In this document: one piece after another, positions 27,801-33,800 of the stretch | Layout of the letters: each line of letters opens with the position of its first letter | How positions within the stretch are numbered: position 1 is the first letter of the stretch | DNA from: Candidatus Foliamicus sp. | GTDB taxonomy: Bacteria; Pseudomonadota; Gammaproteobacteria; Steroidobacterales; Foliamicaceae | Assembly (NCBI GenBank): GCA_965261845.1 | Contig: OZ253475.1 | Coordinates: forward strand, 284,458 to 348,457 | Direction of reading: 5' to 3' | Length of the DNA stretch: 64,000 nt | Position numbers and translations under genes: made by a program | The notes under the pieces: model-generated | What the model was told of the DNA's origin: nothing | The model's input: the letters and a program-made list of their open reading frames with translations, nothing else | The model's database searches: none

Positions 27801-27895
27801 ACGTCGAGGCGGGGCTCGAGTTGGGCTGGCGCCAGGGCCGTGCGGGCACGGAACCGGAGCACGCCGTGCAGCTTGGCGCCACGCTGCGCTGGTGA
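18779..27895 (+). CDS. Main body of a giant type Va autotransporter adhesin: 4 tandem Ig-like/He_PIG modules, 3 Calx-beta double modules, FN3, further Calx-beta, C-terminal beta-barrel
   Basis: Motifs: YSATGLPSGLSIDAGTGVIGGTP (putative-Ig/He_PIG type); GADYVAVDNLSVTIPSGQTSGTATFTFTPLEDFIDERVEAVSI (Calx-beta). The C-terminal ~300 aa show alternating beta-strand patterns (LSLDGEVTTAMLGLDKRYGRWLIGSTLSYSEGEG...), ending in ...VQLGATLRW with a terminal aromatic residue, typical of autotransporter barrels. The true start is the upstream segment 17938. Confidence 0.85.
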   Translation: MQASSTYTASNTGPTTLVLNLAAVATDNVINIAEKASGFDITGDTGTEIGVAVTVQIGTETLTATSADNAGTATWSVSVSVGASYITGTSVDVTVSASKIGYTAPSAIERTVTVDLTAPTAPSYTAPASLQVGEAITSMSPTGGGIDEYSATGLPSGLSIDAGTGVIGGTPDTADAGTASATVTVSDAAGNTAEVSITFPAVGKRDQTLTGFQYSASSVTFGSTAPTVTAPSGVQTTLSYSASPSTVCTVNSSTGALTLVGAGSCEIAATAASTANYNEASVTYTVTVQAAGALVLNLAAVATDNVINIAEKAAGFTISGDTGSEGGVSVTVTVGTTELTATSAAADPATWSVNVPVDASYITGTNVDIAVSASKTGFTEPSAVQRTLTVDLTAPTAPAYTAPATLTAGTVISAMTPSGGSGIAEYSATDLPSGLAIDTSTGVISGTPDTADTNTTSATVTVSDTSGNTAEVSIAFPAVGKGDQTLSGFEYSSASIAFGSSAPTVTAPTGVETTLSYSAEPSTVCSVDSSSGALTIVGVGSCEITATAASDSNYNEAEATYTVTVQATATLVLNLAAVATDNVINIAEKASGFTISGDTGSEGGVSVTVTVGTTELTATSAAADPATWSVSVPVDASYITGTSVDIAVSAAKTGFTEPSAVQRTLTVDLTAPTAPAYTAPASLQVDVAITAMSPSGGVDVDAYAVTGLPSGLSMDTSGVISGTLDTTDASTTSATVTVSDEAGNTAAVLITFPAVGKGDQTLSGFEYSSASIAFGSSAPTVTAPTGVETTLSYSAEPSTVCSVDSSSGALTIVGVGSCEITATAASDSNYNEAEATYTVTVQAAGALVLNLAAVATDNVINIAEKAAGFTISGDTGSEGGVSVTVTVGTTELTATSAAADPATWSVNVPVDASYITGTSVDIAVSASKTGFTEPSAVQRTLTVDLAPPAAPTHTAPSSLQVGVSINAMSPSGGSGIAEYGATDLPSGLTMNTTTGVISGTPDTADADPASSTVTVRDTVGNIDTVSVVFPAVAKGDQTLAGFQYSASSVTLGSTAPTVTAPTGVQTTLSYSAASSTVCTVNSSNGALTLVGAGSCEITATAASSANYNEATVTVTVQATGVLVKLSVNPASVDEDGSGASVTIEATLSGVARDEPTTLTVAVGASDDAAIAGADYVAVDNLSVTIPSGQTSGTATFTFTPLEDFIDERVEAVSITATSQVADIAVAGTTLSINDNDEHGVRISPTRITAPEGGNATYTVELTSEPTGDVTVTPSLGSGDTDVTVSGALTFTTTNWNVIQTVTVSAGQDSDAANDTAVIEHAVAGADYGANSVTADDVLVTVDDDETAVTLTVNPTAVDEGGSGISVTVTGTLDGVARAGPTALTVSVGSSDDPAIEGADYVAVNDRTLTIDAGQTTGTATFILTPINDDVDEGNEALTVAGSTTVTGLSVTATMITINDNDERGVQISPTRLTVPEGGDATYTAVLTSQPTGDVTVTPLLVTGSSSDVTVSAALTFTATNWDRAQTVTVSAAQDTDADNDTATLEYTVSGADYGANSVTAPDVSVTVDDDETTVTLTVDPASVDEDGSGTSITVTGTLDGVARAGPTTLTVRVGAADDAATEGADYAVVSDLSLTIPSGQVSGTATFTLTPLEDRIDEPDEAVSITGMSDIAGFEVTGTTLFINDNDERGLTVSPTDLTLTEGANATYTVVLDTEPTQTVTVTPSVSGSPDMTFTPSSLLFTPSDWDQAQTMTVFATEDDDAYHDSLIISQAAQGAEYAALVDGPISVTISDNEVASQGDLPAQVRDLSATATATHVDLTWTTVEDAVLGYRVEASYDGGANWAEVEDHTESTDTTYRHDVGLNFNETRRYRVSAVGENGAGLPSVYLRANATVTTGGLTATVTAPENMTDSMPDGTTDPVPAVDLCWIPEGVAVSELSDAAIAWTPAHSSRSVDLSDLPWQSVGSGSSEVDCEDGIGIRLTSISENQRYAFRMRANHGGAWWVSNDAQALWVDSSKPLRTIVTAGTSGLSGDTPVPALICRNFNDPATREDEQGSFFISVGFTTASPEYLRYEPVSGFDSSSDLTLVNATAQRVDRPYDTRLGYRVRITPSVWGEPVAVSLAADVVAHEATSVGNQASGEFRRETADSVDCATSAPELARRAQVTSAGFEQDGDRNGEWTTGEPIRVTLQFDEPVRVTRAAGVPSVTLTLGEAATEVTALFSRVAHEDTLVFEHLVTAEESPIRDLALLADSLSLNGGEISSFSGPAVDVAHAGAAVTGGQIVRPDLTAAWSMIPGAHEGSESHFEIHLKFSEAVDLIEVIGEQNLLEHAFTVTDGSIEAIWPARDSSGEFLANEWAMRVAVASEEPVTISPVVDLACDQPGAICTIDDRVLSEAPSVTLHRTEQGLSVADAEVGEGPGAVLVFEVSLARAVDHPVSVDYETADGTAAAGQDYAAASGTLRIEAGQTTGRVRVNIIDDSHDEGEETLTLILSNASNAQIHDGEALGIIVNSDPMPAAWLARFGRAASDHVAQAIARRLERGPREEHMTVGGLRLDQLFTSSAKPNAERASSGSTHLDRDPPGSGAMAPASGLWAASGSGYRNGQPAGGWGRGSPSSVPMGGSDAQGSPGDMAVPYGRTSRASDAPPSLRDVLMGSSFFYTYGEGDDASSGPWTAWGETASTRFSGSEGSLSLDGEVTTAMLGLDKRYGRWLIGSTLSYSEGEGGYQGSGALGGSVHSTLVSLSPYAHYELNDTSSLWGVIGYGSGRLRLTPQGAESSLDTDLSNRMAAFGGRGLLSVRSGDAGRFELALRSDALLTRTASEAVQGLVGAQGATSRVRMMLEGSGAMPVWGGMLSPTLEAGLRYDGGDAETGAGVEVSGGLGFAANRLKIEVNARVLVAHEDTGYEEWGFSGSLAYTPGEDGRGLSMKLGSAWGSTQSGVQSLWSWQDASGLARNGPFEAAQRFQAELGYGIAGRGKAALWVPFIAAQAANGDGQSLRMGVKLTSGPNVEAGLELGWRQGRAGTEPEHAVQLGATLRW
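18826..22138 (+). repeat. Four tandem ~830-bp (277-aa) coding repeats
   Basis: The landmark GCTGGTATTGAACCTCGCCGCCGTTGCCACGGATAACGTCATCAACATTGCCGAGAAGGCG recurs at 18826, 19657, 20488 and 21316 (periods 831, 831, 828 bp). Roughly 260 nt at 20212-20470 and 21041-21300 differ by a single base by eye. Confidence 0.9.
22139..24150 (+). repeat. Three tandem ~676-bp (225-aa) coding repeats (Calx-beta + Ig-like double module)
   Basis: GT(G/A)(A/G)ATCC...GTCGGTGGACGAGG landmarks at 22157, 22832 and 23510 (periods 675 and 678 bp). Protein units start VNPASVDEDGSGASVT / VNPTAVDEGGSGISVT / VDPASVDEDGSGTSIT. Confidence 0.85.
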
Positions 27896-27994
27896 ACGCC
27901 AGGCTAACTCTGGCGTGAATAGCCGGTGAAAGCCGGGCGGGAGGAAAGGTGTAACGAGCTGCCTTCGCCGCGACCACGGACCGAGCGCTGCAAC

Positions 27995-28196
27995 ACCACG
28001 CCCGTGCTCATCGAAACCTTCGTCGAGACTCCGCGCTACACCGGCGCCGTCTACAGGGCCACGGGATGGATTCATGTTGGCACCACCCGGGCACGGGGCC
28101 GCTACGATCCGGTCAGCCAATACGGCAAACGGAAAAAGAACATCTGGCTGCGCCCGCCAAGAAAAGACTGGAAACGAAGGCTCTACCGGAATCTCG
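27995..28196 (+). pseudogene. C-terminal fragment of a DUF4338-family gene
   Basis: PVLIETFVETPRYTGAVYRATGWIHVGTTRARGRYD....KRKKNIWLRPPRKDWKRRL matches from memory the conserved C-terminal block of DUF4338 proteins (LETFVD..RF.GTCYRAANW..VG.T.GRGR.D). No N-terminal part is present. Confidence 0.45.
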
Positions 28197-28383
28197 TCAA
28201 ATATCCCCAATATTCGCGATGCCCGGAAGGGCTCCAGCCCTCTAATCTATGCGCTGGAATAAGTGTCGCGGGGAGTTGGGCGCCGCCGGCATCTCGGTAC
28301 AGGGTTGCAGCGGAGCATCAGCGCAACAAAGGAGGGTTCTTGGCGACAGGGCCGATAGAACGCGCGCATGCGAGGGCTCGGCC

Positions 28384-29532
28384 GTGAGCGAACGGGAGGC
28401 GTTCGACCGCATCCTGGCTTCGTTGCACGAGGCGGCGCTGGACCCCGAGGGCTGGCCGAGCGCCACGGGGCTTATCGATGATGCCCTGCGCACGCACGGC
28501 AGCTGCATGGCGTTCGGCGACGGGGCCTCCGACGAGGACGTCCGGATCTACTTTGCGTGGTGCTTCATGCGTGGACAACGGCACCGGGAGTTCGAGCGCA
28601 CCTACTTCGAGGAGTACTACCACCGGGACGAACGGGTCCCGCGCCTGCGGCATCTGCCCGACAGCCGACTGTTCCACAACATCCAACTCTACACTGAGCA
28701 GGAGCGGAGGACCTCCGCGACCTACAAAGAGTTGTTGACCCGCCACCACTGCGGCAACGCCATCAATGTGCGCCTGGACGGACCCAACGGCACGAGCATC
28801 GTGTGGGTGGTCAACGACCCCCTCGACGGGGACGGCTGGTCGTCCGCCCAGCTTGACTCGATCCGGCGTCTGCTGCCCCATATCCGTCAGACCGTGCTCG
28901 TGCAGCAGGAGCTGGACGGGGCAGGCGCTATGGGCGCGTCGCTTGCGAATCTGCTCGACACCACGGGGATGGGCATCGTGCAGCTCGACGGGCGCGGGCG
29001 GATCGTGGCGGCGAACGACCGCGCCCGGGATGTGCTGCGCCGCGGCGATGGACTGGCGGACAAGCACGGTTTCCTTCACGCCCGCAGCCCGGAGGACGAT
29101 GCCGAACTCCAGGCGCTGTTGAGGCGAGCGCTGCCGCCGTTCGGGGCTCAGGGCGCTGGCGGCTCCACGATGCTGAGGCGCGCGTCTGGACCGGCCCTGG
29201 TGCTGCACGTCTCCCCGGTGGGCCGGCGGGAGGCGGACGCGCGGATCTGGCCGGTCGCCGCGCTCGTGCTGCTCATGGACCCGGCAAGCCAAACCCGCAT
29301 CGATCCGGCCGTGGCCGCGGCGGCGCTCGGGCTTACGCGGACGGAGAGCCGGGTGGCGGTGCTGTTGGCCGAAGGCAAGACCGTCCGCGAGGTGGCCGAG
29401 GCGACGGGCCGCCTGGAAAGCACGATCCACACGCACGTGAAGGACATGTTCGCCAAGCACCGCCTCTCGCGGCAGGCGGACCTGGTGCGGCTTGTGCGCT
29501 CGCTGGCCGGCGTTCCCAAGTCCTGGCGCTGA
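28384..29532 (+). CDS. LuxR-family transcriptional regulator (N-terminal sensory domain, C-terminal HTH)
   Basis: C-terminal LTRTESRVAVLLAEGKTVREVAEATGRLESTIHTHVKDMFAKHRL is a GerE/LuxR-type HTH. GTG 28384 (VSEREAFDRILASLHEAALDPEGW) was chosen as the start; the ORF is open from 28249. Confidence 0.8.
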   Translation: MSEREAFDRILASLHEAALDPEGWPSATGLIDDALRTHGSCMAFGDGASDEDVRIYFAWCFMRGQRHREFERTYFEEYYHRDERVPRLRHLPDSRLFHNIQLYTEQERRTSATYKELLTRHHCGNAINVRLDGPNGTSIVWVVNDPLDGDGWSSAQLDSIRRLLPHIRQTVLVQQELDGAGAMGASLANLLDTTGMGIVQLDGRGRIVAANDRARDVLRRGDGLADKHGFLHARSPEDDAELQALLRRALPPFGAQGAGGSTMLRRASGPALVLHVSPVGRREADARIWPVAALVLLMDPASQTRIDPAVAAAALGLTRTESRVAVLLAEGKTVREVAEATGRLESTIHTHVKDMFAKHRLSRQADLVRLVRSLAGVPKSWR

Positions 29533-29574
29533 AGGCGAAAGCCGCCGCCGATCGGCGCTGACCGCGCCCGTTCT

Positions 29575-30234
29575 CCCGCGGTGAAGTTCCGATGAACGAC
29601 ATCCGGCGGCCGCTCTATAGCCTCGTCCGGCCGAGTCGTTACCACACGCCGGCCGCGCCTGACCCCTTCCATGCCCATCGTCTTCATCAGTCTGGCAACG
29701 GCGCAGCGCGCTACACAGACCCCTTCCCGGTTCAATTGCAGCCACACTTTCCGTATACCGTAAACCTTGAAGTTCTCTCGCCACACCTGCTCAATCTCTG
29801 GCCTCAACGCCTCATCTCGTCGCGCGCGTACCGAGCGGCGCCAGGGATCTCGCTATCGCACCTGGTGTTCGTAGTAGGTCGATGGGGCAATCGGCAGCAC
29901 GCGCCAGATCGGCTCGACCCCATGGCGATCCTTGTGATCGCCAATAAAGGCGATCATCGCTTCAGTTTGCGGTCGAGCCGATCCTCCGAGGTCAATCCAT
30001 CCCGTCGACCCGTGTCAATCTCCACTCGCCTGACCCAACCGCGCAGGGTCTCGGGCGTGCATCCAATCTTGCTCGCGATCGATACCGTCGCAGCCCACCG
30101 CGACCGGTAGTCCTTCTCGTGTTCAAACAGCAGCCGTACGGCCCGTTCCCTGACCTCCGGGGAATAACGCTTCGCTTTGTTCATGCTCCAATCCTCTCAA
30201 GATCCGGAGCCTCCGGTAAGCCCGGATCGATTCA
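29575..30234 (-). mobile_element. IS3-family remnant: left end + intact orfA + 5' part of orfB with an in-frame TAG; 3' part deleted
   Basis: The terminal sequence on the minus strand, TGAATCGATCCGGG, ends at 30234 (IS3-type TG... tip). orfB-frame residues [33 protein letters not shown]-stop(29851-29853)-RDPWRRSVRARRDEALRPEIEQVWRENFKVYGIRKVWLQLNREG...HRNFTA. Homology stops near 29577, so the DDE core is missing. Confidence 0.75.
29954..30184 (-). CDS. IS3-family transposase OrfA (HTH)
   Basis: [59 protein letters not shown] is a typical IS3/IS911 OrfA. Confidence 0.8.
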   Translation of the reverse strand: MNKAKRYSPEVRERAVRLLFEHEKDYRSRWAATVSIASKIGCTPETLRGWVRRVEIDTGRRDGLTSEDRLDRKLKR

Positions 30235-30597
30235 CTCCCCAATTTCCCAGATCATACGAGCAATATTCTTTCCATCCATATACATCGGTTCGTCTTTCTC
30301 TATGAAACTTATAGTAGAACTTCCCATAGAGTTTATTTCCGTCTTCTCCGAAAGAAAATACCGCAACGCCCATTCGGCGTAAAAAGCGTCTTCCTGAATC
30401 GATCCGTGTTTGTTGAATTTACTAGTGCTGTGATGGCTGACTTCAAGAAATGTGATCACCTTATACCCCGGCGGGATTAGCCTCCGTTTCGCCCTGCGGC
30501 GCTTGGCCCGCAGCGTCAAAATAACGCGGCCGGAATTACAACAGAGAACAAGCAAAGGATTTTGTAATCGCTTCAGAGTGCGACGCAATAGCGTCAC
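30232..30597 (-). CDS. Hypothetical protein, probably C-terminally truncated by the IS3 insertion; real start probably internal
   Basis: The ORF's stop codon TGA (30232-30234) is the terminal TGA of the IS3 end. Its 5' part overlaps the DUF4238 gene in another frame. A GTG (VITFLEVSHH...) downstream of the DUF4238 stop is a plausible start. No recognisable motif. Confidence 0.3.
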   Translation of the reverse strand: MTLLRRTLKRLQNPLLVLCCNSGRVILTLRAKRRRAKRRLIPPGYKVITFLEVSHHSTSKFNKHGSIQEDAFYAEWALRYFLSEKTEINSMGSSTISFIEKDEPMYMDGKNIARMIWEIGE

Positions 30598-31402
30598 TGC
30601 GCTCTAAGATGTGTTGATTGATTTCCCGGACCTTGCGGTTATAGACCCAAATCGTCTTACACTTGCTTGTTGCTGCCAAGAACAGCGCGACATCGCTTGC
30701 GATGGGCATGATGATCTCGGCTTCTGGATCAGGCAGGATACTACCGCTTGGGAATGCTTGTATTACCGGATTGTCGCCTATGACAAATGCCTGTTGGCGC
30801 GGATTTCTGATTACACCAAGAACCAGACCTTTGGATAACATGGCCTTGTATCCGTCGCCTTGAAGCAATTCGCCAAAAACCGTGAGCCATTCGTTCTTGG
30901 AGAAGTGCCGTTCATTTCTCATTGCTTGCAATTTCTCCAGTTTTTGAGTCGAGACCTCGCTGCCCTGCATATTGTCTTGATCGATAGCTTTGTTTAGCAA
31001 CCCTTCAATTTCGCGACCCCAGAATTGTTTGGCATGCCGGCGCTTTGCGGGCGTCCTTAGGAATTGAAGAAAGACAAACACACGAGCTACTTCAAGCTCG
31101 TGAGCAGACAGGTCAATATTGATACGGCGCTGCCTATTGCTCCTCCTTGCAGCCTTTAGCAGCTTCTCCACTAAACAACAAAAATTGCTTTCCAAGTTTG
31201 CTATCCAATCCTCTAGCAAGAGTGACTTAGTTCCGTCTGGATGCATATACGCATACATATCTGTTTGCCTGAATGCATTGGATGGACTCGTTGCGTAGTG
31301 TTTCGTTCTTGACTTGTCGTAACAGTAGAGTAGCCCGCGTGCATCAGCAAAATTCTTCAAGACACATCGTGGCACGACGTGATGTACTTTGGCCTCACTC
31401 AT
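30536..31402 (-). CDS. DUF4238-family protein
   Basis: N-terminal VHHVVPRCVLKNF matches the DUF4238 hallmark (HH.P..YL..F). 288 aa. Lies in a visibly low-G+C islet. Confidence 0.7.
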   Translation of the reverse strand: MSEAKVHHVVPRCVLKNFADARGLLYCYDKSRTKHYATSPSNAFRQTDMYAYMHPDGTKSLLLEDWIANLESNFCCLVEKLLKAARRSNRQRRINIDLSAHELEVARVFVFLQFLRTPAKRRHAKQFWGREIEGLLNKAIDQDNMQGSEVSTQKLEKLQAMRNERHFSKNEWLTVFGELLQGDGYKAMLSKGLVLGVIRNPRQQAFVIGDNPVIQAFPSGSILPDPEAEIIMPIASDVALFLAATSKCKTIWVYNRKVREINQHILERSDAIASHSEAITKSFACSLL

Positions 31403-31770
31403 TCAGTGCACCATTACTTCTCGACAGTGAACTTGGTCGGATTGACCAAAGTTCAATAGACAGACCTCAGGTTGTCCAAGGTCATTCGTCTTGCCTTGTA
31501 TGCAATCATGAGTGTGGATTGCAAGAGCAAGGCTTCGGCAACCATCCGAATGCCGACACCTTCTCCCAAGACCCCTCCGGACGTGATTAAGGAGTTCTAG
31601 CGAGCGGGAAGGCGAAGAGCGTGCAACCTGCCCGTGTGGGATTGGCGGACCGGATGCACGGTTGATTTTCCTGGCTTTGGCGGGAGGCTTACCCGTGGCT
31701 GGTGCTGGTCCAAGATTGGGGCTTCGGATAAAATTGTCCTCAGCTAAATTCATCCATTCAAGAGGACAAT

Positions 31771-32019
31771 ATGAACACGATTCCACACCCCCACGGCGCA
31801 GAGTATGACGCACGCCATTGGGTCTGTGTAGCAGACTACCCGGCGACCTGTAGTTGTGGCAAAGGGATCACTCCCGGCGAAATTTGCCACGTTTACGAAA
31901 AGAGTAGCGCTGAGCCCATCCTCTGTCGAGATTGCGCGACAGCACGGCCTAATCTCCCCGCTATCAATCCCAATGAAATCGCCCAAAGTTTGAGCGACGT
32001 AATCCCGCGCCCAACCTGA
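31771..32019 (+). CDS. Small Cys-rich hypothetical protein (82 aa)
   Basis: Good Shine-Dalgarno sequence (AAGAGGACAATATG). CSCGKG...C...CRDC spacing suggests a zinc ribbon. No family recognised. Confidence 0.4.
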   Translation: MNTIPHPHGAEYDARHWVCVADYPATCSCGKGITPGEICHVYEKSSAEPILCRDCATARPNLPAINPNEIAQSLSDVIPRPT

Positions 32020-32079
32020 TCACGCGGCCAGTTTCGCGATTAGGTATTCCTGCCCCCGATCCCCTTCGATCGAGCTGCA

Positions 32080-32307
32080 ATGCCCGCAGAGATGAAGCAC
32101 CTTACCCGAGGATTATCAAATGCAAAATTGGCAAAGGTCAGGCGGAAGAACCTAGACGGCAGTGAGTACGAAGCTGCTGTGAACACTGCACTAGTTCGAT
32201 ACGTTATTTCCCAAGATTCGGGCACGTATATCGCATTCGATGATGCACAAGATCCCATGGGGATTGATTCTCCAGAGGAACGGTCAATTGCGGCCTGTGG
32301 GGATTAG
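32080..32307 (+). CDS. Hypothetical protein (75 aa)
   Basis: ORF only. Protein-like composition, no clear RBS, no motif. Confidence 0.25.
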   Translation: MPAEMKHLTRGLSNAKLAKVRRKNLDGSEYEAAVNTALVRYVISQDSGTYIAFDDAQDPMGIDSPEERSIAACGD

Positions 32308-32672
32308 GCCCAAAGGGATATCGTAGCTACCGGTATTGGAGTTTCAAGCAGTGTTACAAAATATGGGAAAATTGACATGATGCGTGTTATTCGCGCTTTG
32401 ATGTACATCTTCTTCTGGCCATTCTATTCAGGGCCAAGTAAGAAGGAGTGAGCAATGAATGTGAGTGTCTTCCCTTATCCTTACCCACGAGTGATGTGAT
32501 TTCTGAAATTTACCGCATTTGGGTCTTTTCGGGCGGGCTTTGACCGAGCGGCCGAGTGTCACGTGTGCGGATTGTGAAAAAGCAGTGCGGTGCCAGTCAC
32601 CCGCGTTGGAACAAATGTGGGGACGAGAATTCGAGGTAGACACAAACCGTCGATAAAACAATAAGATGCAAT

Positions 32673-33209
32673 CTATTGCAACCCCGCCGCCTCCACCGCG
32701 TGGAACCCGTCGAACGGACCCCGGTAAGCCATCAGATACGGCTGCTCTTGCTCGTAAACTTCCCACACCGTCTTGTCCTTGATCGTGGGATGACGCCGCC
32801 GCTTCGCCTCACGGATGCACTGATCCTCAAGCCACGCGTTGATCTCCGCGTAACTGCGCCCGCGCGGGCGCGGCACGAACATACGCCCGCGCACGTGCCC
32901 CACCTGGCTCTCCACCTGGCCCTTCTCCCAACCCGCCCCGGGCGTGCAGGCCACAGGCTCAATCAGATGATGCGAACACATCTCCACGAATCGCCTTGCG
33001 AACCGTGTTCCTCGACAACTTCAACTCACGGGCAATCCGCCTGATCGGCACCCCGCGATCCAGATGATCCCGACGGATCCGCGCAATCGTCTCCACTATC
33101 AACATCTCCCGTCACCCCGTCCGTCCAAACAACGAGGCGAGTTGAATCGCTCAACTTAAGGGGGGTCAATATTGGACGCCGATTCCCCCGCTAGGGGGTC
33201 ACTATTGCA
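32673..33209 (-). pseudogene. IS21-family remnant: left terminal repeats + istA with a large internal deletion and 3' truncation
   Basis: Minus-strand ATG 33105 gives MLIVETIARIRRDHLDRGVPIRRIARELKLSRNTVRKAIRG (IstA HTH). This is joined out of frame to ACTPGAGWEKGQVESQVGHVRGRMFVPRPRGRSYAEINAWLEDQC (IstA C-terminal block, ORF 32673..32987). Two terminal direct repeats GGGGGTCA(A/C)TATTG(G/C)A at 33161 and 33194, with the tip TGCAATAGTGACCCCC ending at 33209. Confidence 0.75.
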
Positions 33210-33397
33210 TGCCGATTAACAGTCAGGCGCAGTACGCCAAGCGCAAGTGGCTGTCGGAGGCGCCCAACGGCTGGATCAAGCAGGCGCTGGGCTTTCGCCG
33301 CTTCAGCGTGCGCGGCTTGAACCAAGCGCAGGGCGAGTGGGTCCTGGTGTGTCCGGCGTTGAACATGAAGCGGATGCAAGGGCTGGCGGCGGCGTGA
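33210..33397 (+). pseudogene. C-terminal fragment of an IS1182/IS5-like transposase, interrupted by the IS21 remnant
   Basis: AKRKWLSEAPNGWIKQALGFRRFSVRGLNQAQGEWVLVCPALNMKRM matches the conserved transposase C-terminus (..GFRQF.LRGL.KV.GEW.LVC.A.NLKRM). The ATG at 33209 is created at the IS21 junction. Confidence 0.65.
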
Positions 33398-33800
33398 AGA
33401 AGGGCAATTCGGCCCCCATCCGCTCTGCCGGCGGGCCCATCCGCCAACATTCCCCGCCCGCCTGCGGATCTATGACCTCGCGTGGCGCTTCGGAGGAGGC
33501 AACCCGACGTTTCATTGCCTGCGAACCGCCAATCCGCCCAGCCGAAACATCCCACGGCGCACGCTCCTAGCGCAGTCCAGGGAGGGCGGAGCAGGGGCAG
33601 GAGGCACGCCGAACCGGGCCAAACGACGTAAAATATCAGCGTGCGTTTAATAGGCACTCCCCATCAGTAGTGACACTCGGAGGAATACCAGCCCATTTGG
33701 CTCTTCGTAAAGCCCTTTATAATCATCTAGTTAATAGTCATTATAAACGGTTATCCTAGCCTTCCCTGCCTCGTCTCGGGGCGTTTTTCTGATCGCCAAC

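Noticed and set aside
27896-27925. A short hairpin CGCCAG-gctaact-CTGGCG after the autotransporter stop, as a possible terminator.
   Set aside because: The stem is only 6 bp and there is no T-tract. Too weak to call.
27926-28387. A DUF4338 similarity that could have indicated Druantia (DruA).
   Set aside because: Only about 65 C-terminal residues are present. There is no N-terminal part and no large DruE-like helicase or other Druantia genes nearby. It sits among IS debris, so it was called a gene fragment.
31403-31813. A 136-aa ORF ending exactly at the DUF4238 start (TGAATG), as a possible upstream partner gene.
   Set aside because: The sequence is Arg/Ser/Pro-rich and not protein-like. 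It has no RBS or motif and overlaps an equally poor ORF on the other strand. It is probably non-coding upstream region.
32377-32499. Two tiny ORFs in the A+T-rich islet. One is a 24-aa hydrophobic peptide, MMRVIRALMYIFFWPFYSGPSKKE (32377-32451). It is followed by AAGAAGGAG and a 14-aa ORF (32455-32499). A possible type I toxin-like peptide.
   Set aside because: They are too short to support by sequence alone, with no recognisable promoter or antisense RNA partner. Kept only as a note.
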